The translations under genes were made by a program, and so were the position numbers. Shown here piece by piece: positions 16,503-20,000 of a stretch of 20,000 nucleotides of DNA. The first letter of the stretch is position 1; each line of letters opens with the position of its first letter. The notes beneath the pieces are model-generated. The model had not been told where the DNA came from, did not search any database, and saw only the letters and a program-made list of their open reading frames with translations. Source of the stretch: an uncultured virus (IMG/VR IMGVR_UViG_3300035670_000148) (taxonomy: Duplodnaviria; Heunggongvirae; Uroviricota; Caudoviricetes); IMG/VR virus record IMGVR_UViG_3300035670_000148; one strand, 5' to 3'.

Positions 16503-17008
16503 TGATGAAAAGACAAATAATAAGAAATCTGTTGAAGACAGCCTCTTTAGATATTGAAAATCTTGCTGAGATAATACACAAGCAGATTGAGATTACACCT
16601 TCTATTCAAGAAGAAAAAGAGGAAGTCCTGACCAACTTTGTTTTAGAGAGTAACATGGGGAGGTCTCTCAAAAGAGATGTTCCTTTTGGGCATAAACTTA
16701 TAGTGACCAAAAAGCTAGATGTTTTAAGTATGGCAGGTTCAAACAATAAGATTCTCATGCAGTTATTGACTATCAGTACTCAAAATTATTTTAAGTTGGG
16801 TACGCAAATAGAAAAAATCTTTAATGGAGATGAAATACAAGAATATGTAGACCTTTTGGTGGATGATTTCTACAGAAGGAAAACAAGTGTAGAGGATTAC
16901 GAGATAAAGTTTGAAATAATAGAAATAGATAATACAAGAGGTTCTTTTAAAATCAAATACGCTATATCTCTAGCGCCTATAAACAACTTGCTCACAATAT
17001 ATGTGTGA
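16499..17008 (+). CDS. Hypothetical protein, paralogue family B (169 aa; start may be the second or third ATG)
   Basis: SD AAGGAG; ATGA overlap with the previous gene. LKTASLD, LDVLSMA and KFEIIEIDNTRG...LAP match the 11886 ORF. Confidence 0.8.
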   Translation: MMMKRQIIRNLLKTASLDIENLAEIIHKQIEITPSIQEEKEEVLTNFVLESNMGRSLKRDVPFGHKLIVTKKLDVLSMAGSNNKILMQLLTISTQNYFKLGTQIEKIFNGDEIQEYVDLLVDDFYRRKTSVEDYEIKFEIIEIDNTRGSFKIKYAISLAPINNLLTIYV

Positions 17009-17011
17009 TGT

Positions 17012-18826
17012 ATGTGGGACGCCGTAATTCTTAGAGATGGTGCTAATCCATCTTTTTATGCAGAAGTAGAACTTCTCTTAAGAAGAGCGGGTCTCAATAA
17101 TATTGCGTTAATTCATTGGGACAGACCAATCCCCTCTTGTAAAGTATTACTTGGTCACGCTAGAGGGCTTTCTCGATTCTTTGAGGTAGCTAGAACTAGA
17201 CTTATTTCACTAGGTGGTCGAACACCGGTGATAACAGAAGAGATTTTGGATGACCTCTTTATGTTAGACCCTTTTGGGTATAGACAAGCTGCTAAGAAAA
17301 CCATTAAAAACAAGGTTCGAGAGAACGCCAAGAAAAAGCAGTCTCCTAAGAAGCTGACTCCTCCTGCTCAGAAAAAACCAACACCTACCGAAAAGATAAA
17401 AGCGCGGAACACAAAGCCTTCAAAGAAAGAGGCTCCTAAACAAGAGGCTCCTAAACAAGAGGCTCCTAAACAAGAGGCTCCTAAACAAGAACCTGCAAAC
17501 AAAGAAAACAACCCTCTTTCTAAAAAGCCTATCTACACATTAATAGAAGAAAAGTACGCTAAAAGGTGGAGAGGAGAAAACCCTCTGAGTGGCAAATCCG
17601 TCGGCTTTTGGACAGTTAAAGGTTGGCTACACTCTAAAGATAAAGACTTAAAGAAATATGCGGAGTCTGTTTTCAAAGGCTTTAAGGATAGCGTAAAAGA
17701 GGACCAAAAAGAAGGAGTCTTAAAAGAAGTAATGCTCCCCGACATTATAGACAATGGTGTATTTCCTGTAGAGCTGATAAAACAGCAGACTTTAAGTTTT
17801 AACATAGACATAGAAAAGCCAATAAGCAATCAAAGTTTTGATTACTTAACCGAAAACATAAGACGTTCATTCAGAACTCAGGGTTATAATAGAAACTTCG
17901 TAGAGCAGTATGTAGATAAAAAAATAGAAGGTTATAAATCAATAATTAAACTTTTCACCAAGCCTATTATGTCCTTATTCTCTAAGCAGAAAAAAGATAG
18001 GGAGCTTGAGAGATTTGGAGATTTAGCCGAGGTTTTTGATGAAGCTCAGAATACAAATAAAGCCTTAAAACTAGCGTCTAGTTCTTTTGCTGTGGAATTC
18101 GCAATGGATACAATTATCCCAAAGTTAGGAGAATTGACTAACTCTAGTATAATTACAGACTTTTTTACGGTTGATGGATTAGGTGCTGTTGTTACTAAGG
18201 GAATCGTTGCAAAGTTTCCCGTAGCCGCAAAAGTAGCCGCACTCACAATACCTAAAGCAATACCCTTTATTGGTGGTTCTCCGATAGTTGCGGGAATCGT
18301 AACAATAGGTGTCGGCATGGTTGTTGGAAGTATTATTTCAAAAATGCTCACTAATAAAGTTCAATCCGATGAATATGATGAAATAACGGTAGATGTTTTT
18401 AGAGGTGAACTCACTCCCGAAGATATGGAAAAAACATTCAACAAGAGATTAGACGCTATTCTTAAAAAGAACATACCTAGAGAACAAATGCAAAAAGAAA
18501 TGCAAGCACTCTATGACGAGTTTCAAACAGAAGTCAGACCCGCAATCGAGAAAGCTCTTTATATGGCGGGTAAGAATGTAGGCAAAGGGTCAGAGGGGGG
18601 TTCTTTTGATATGTTTAAGTTCTTAAAAACAGGTTCAGACAGCTCTAAACCTAAAGCAGTTGTACGAATGAGAAGAGTCCTAGAATCAATCAGAATTGAA
18701 AAGCTCATAGAAAGAGCTTTAATCACAAAAGGCTTTAATGAAACCTTGACAAAAGTCCTGCGCGGTGATTTACCTATGAATCCCGAATTTCTAAAATCAC
18801 TTCACTCATATTTACCAAAGGGTTGA
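17012..18826 (+). CDS. Multidomain hypothetical protein with K/P-rich linker and a hydrophobic segment (604 aa)
   Basis: Long ORF without a clear SD. N-terminal VLLGHARG; (EAPKQ)4 linker; hydrophobic IPFIGGSPIVAGIVTIGVGMVVGSII. Confidence 0.8.
   Translation: MWDAVILRDGANPSFYAEVELLLRRAGLNNIALIHWDRPIPSCKVLLGHARGLSRFFEVARTRLISLGGRTPVITEEILDDLFMLDPFGYRQAAKKTIKNKVRENAKKKQSPKKLTPPAQKKPTPTEKIKARNTKPSKKEAPKQEAPKQEAPKQEAPKQEPANKENNPLSKKPIYTLIEEKYAKRWRGENPLSGKSVGFWTVKGWLHSKDKDLKKYAESVFKGFKDSVKEDQKEGVLKEVMLPDIIDNGVFPVELIKQQTLSFNIDIEKPISNQSFDYLTENIRRSFRTQGYNRNFVEQYVDKKIEGYKSIIKLFTKPIMSLFSKQKKDRELERFGDLAEVFDEAQNTNKALKLASSSFAVEFAMDTIIPKLGELTNSSIITDFFTVDGLGAVVTKGIVAKFPVAAKVAALTIPKAIPFIGGSPIVAGIVTIGVGMVVGSIISKMLTNKVQSDEYDEITVDVFRGELTPEDMEKTFNKRLDAILKKNIPREQMQKEMQALYDEFQTEVRPAIEKALYMAGKNVGKGSEGGSFDMFKFLKTGSDSSKPKAVVRMRRVLESIRIEKLIERALITKGFNETLTKVLRGDLPMNPEFLKSLHSYLPKG
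17429..17488 (+). repeat. 15-bp perfect tandem repeat x4 encoding (EAPKQ)4
   Basis: GAGGCTCCTAAACAA x4, in frame. Confidence 0.97.
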
Positions 18827-18827
18827 A

Positions 18828-19106
18828 ATGGAACTACCCGTCTTAATCCGCAAATACCCCTTTGAGGTTAAGTCAAACCAACACAATAAGACTTATCTAT
18901 TGCACTTGCCCTCTCAGCTAAGGGCAGAAATACTCATCGGGCAGTTTACCTCTTCTAAACCACAAAAAATCATAGACCTTCGTGACTATGAATTGGTAGA
19001 ACTCATAGTCATAAGGCAGAATAATGTCCTCAAACACACTTGTTGTTCGGTGAGCGAAGCCGAGCAACTTCTCTTAGACGCTATTTGCACATGGAGAGAC
19101 TCATAG
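18828..19106 (+). CDS. Hypothetical protein (92 aa)
   Basis: Starts 1 nt after the previous stop; no motif. Confidence 0.6.
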   Translation: MELPVLIRKYPFEVKSNQHNKTYLLHLPSQLRAEILIGQFTSSKPQKIIDLRDYELVELIVIRQNNVLKHTCCSVSEAEQLLLDAICTWRDS

Positions 19107-19310
19107 ATGGATACGAAGGCTGTTGTTGGGTTCTTAGAAGAACTCTCTAAGATTTCAAAGAAGTATGAGCTAGAACTCTTAGACGCTAAAGTGGTAGATA
19201 ATAAAGGCTATCTCTTGGGTGACCTAGAAGTCAGCCGCACGAAAATCGAGCTTCTTGACGAAGACGGCTACCCCTGTGCTTCTGTAGATAGAGAAAACAA
19301 TGAAGATTGA
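19107..19310 (+). CDS. Hypothetical acidic protein (67 aa)
   Basis: Directly abuts the previous stop (TAGATG); GGAG upstream. Confidence 0.65.
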   Translation: MDTKAVVGFLEELSKISKKYELELLDAKVVDNKGYLLGDLEVSRTKIELLDEDGYPCASVDRENNED

Positions 19311-19512
19311 AAAGTCATTACTCTATGAAGCAGACTCATTCATCGTTGAATATCTAGAGGGTGCTGTTATTCTCACCTCTAAGGAAGGCTTAGAAATAAG
19401 GCTCAACTCAGGGAGCTGGCATATCATATCTAGTAAGATACAAGCCTTAGAAAACGCCAGAACTAATCCCGCTAAAGAATTTACAATGTACCCCATGTTT
19501 GAGGATGACTGA
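19300..19512 (+). CDS. Hypothetical protein (70 aa)
   Basis: Overlaps the previous gene by 11 nt; no motif. Confidence 0.55.
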   Translation: MKIEKSLLYEADSFIVEYLEGAVILTSKEGLEIRLNSGSWHIISSKIQALENARTNPAKEFTMYPMFEDD

Positions 19513-20000
19513 TTCTCTTACGCCTACGATGAGATGAAGTCTTAATCTGGTTTGGCAAGACTGCGCGCAAAAGCTGGCGGACTTTTGGATGTACCGTCTT
19601 TGGTCCATATGTGATAAGCATACCTAGAGCCTCGCAGAACGCTTCTTCGGGGTTCGCCTTAGCGTAGCCTGTAATCGGGGGCATCATAACCTTAACTTTT
19701 CTTGGTATTTCCTTGCTCTTATAAGCTCTGAACACATCATTTATAGAATAAATCTCGTTGTCTTGGTAGTCCTCGTCAAAAGTTAGCCCCTCTAGCTGAA
19801 GGTATGTGATGGGGTCTTTTTCTTTCAGAGTGTCCTCATCTTGGCGCATAGTGACCCATGTCATGTAGGCATTCTGTAAATCAAGTGTGATATAGCTACC
19901 CTCTATGACGCTCACCCAAAAGTCCTTTGCGTCTTTTCTCAGAATATTATTCCATATGTGGTGTCCCTGCTCGTGGGCCATCGTATGAATGGCATCTTTC
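19481..20000 (-). CDS. Zinc metallopeptidase-like protein, C-terminal part (5'-truncated)
   Basis: Frame stays open to the window edge (KDAIHTM-AHEQGHHIW). HExxH motif plus downstream GYAKANPEEAFCE, matching the Y-x3-N-x2-E-x-F-x-E pattern of anthrax-lethal-factor-like zincins. Confidence 0.75.
   Translation of the reverse strand, partial: KDAIHTMAHEQGHHIWNNILRKDAKDFWVSVIEGSYITLDLQNAYMTWVTMRQDEDTLKEKDPITYLQLEGLTFDEDYQDNEIYSINDVFRAYKSKEIPRKVKVMMPPITGYAKANPEEAFCEALGMLITYGPKTVHPKVRQLLRAVLPNQIKTSSHRRRKRISHPQTWGTL

Noticed and set aside
17429..17488. CRISPR array (also the 3892-3939 and 13946-13983 repeats)
   Set aside because: Units are contiguous without spacers, too short, and two are in-frame coding repeats; no cas genes.
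387..18351. Short ORFs antisense to or nested in long genes (387, 2035, 2509, 2832, 3399, 5326, 6927, 7385, 7838, 8451, 8853, 9727, 10695, 11412, 12950, 13170, 13420, 15082, 15523, 16141, 17533, 18046)
   Set aside because: They overlap better-supported ORFs, mostly lack an SD and have shadow-frame composition.
1..20000. Stop-codon reassignment as seen in some large phages
   Set aside because: Coding density is already high under the standard code, and TAA, TAG and TGA all end genes at tight junctions.
1..20000. tRNA, rRNA or structured ncRNA genes
   Set aside because: Intergenic gaps are at most about 110 nt and show no cloverleaf or other recognisable RNA motif.

Overview
Gene-dense (about 40% GC, standard code, strong AGGAG-type Shine-Dalgarno sites) window that reads like the late/virion-protein region of a large, probably jumbo, bacteriophage. 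The phage assignment is an inference: no capsid, terminase or portal gene is in the window. Only two products carry clearly recognisable motifs: a calcineurin-like metallophosphoesterase (14008-14691) and a 5'-truncated HExxH zinc metallopeptidase (19481 to the window end). The core (4965-13958) is a family of four paralogous membrane proteins built from a repeated helical-domain plus hydrophobic-segment unit. In two of them an unrelated insert (185 aa or 626 aa) sits at the same position between two conserved cysteines; a third lacks both insert and cysteines. Units are delimited by basic K/R-x-A(-S) motifs that recur at the termini of many proteins here, suggesting a head-maturation protease site. 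A second family of three 155-173 aa paralogues is interspersed. Regulatory DNA shows a 38/39-bp inverted repeat joining two divergent starts, a candidate late-promoter motif 27-40 nt upstream of five genes, and several RBS-sequestering hairpins whose 5' arm overlaps or closely follows a promoter. GATC is strongly depleted and GCGCGC enriched (manual counts).
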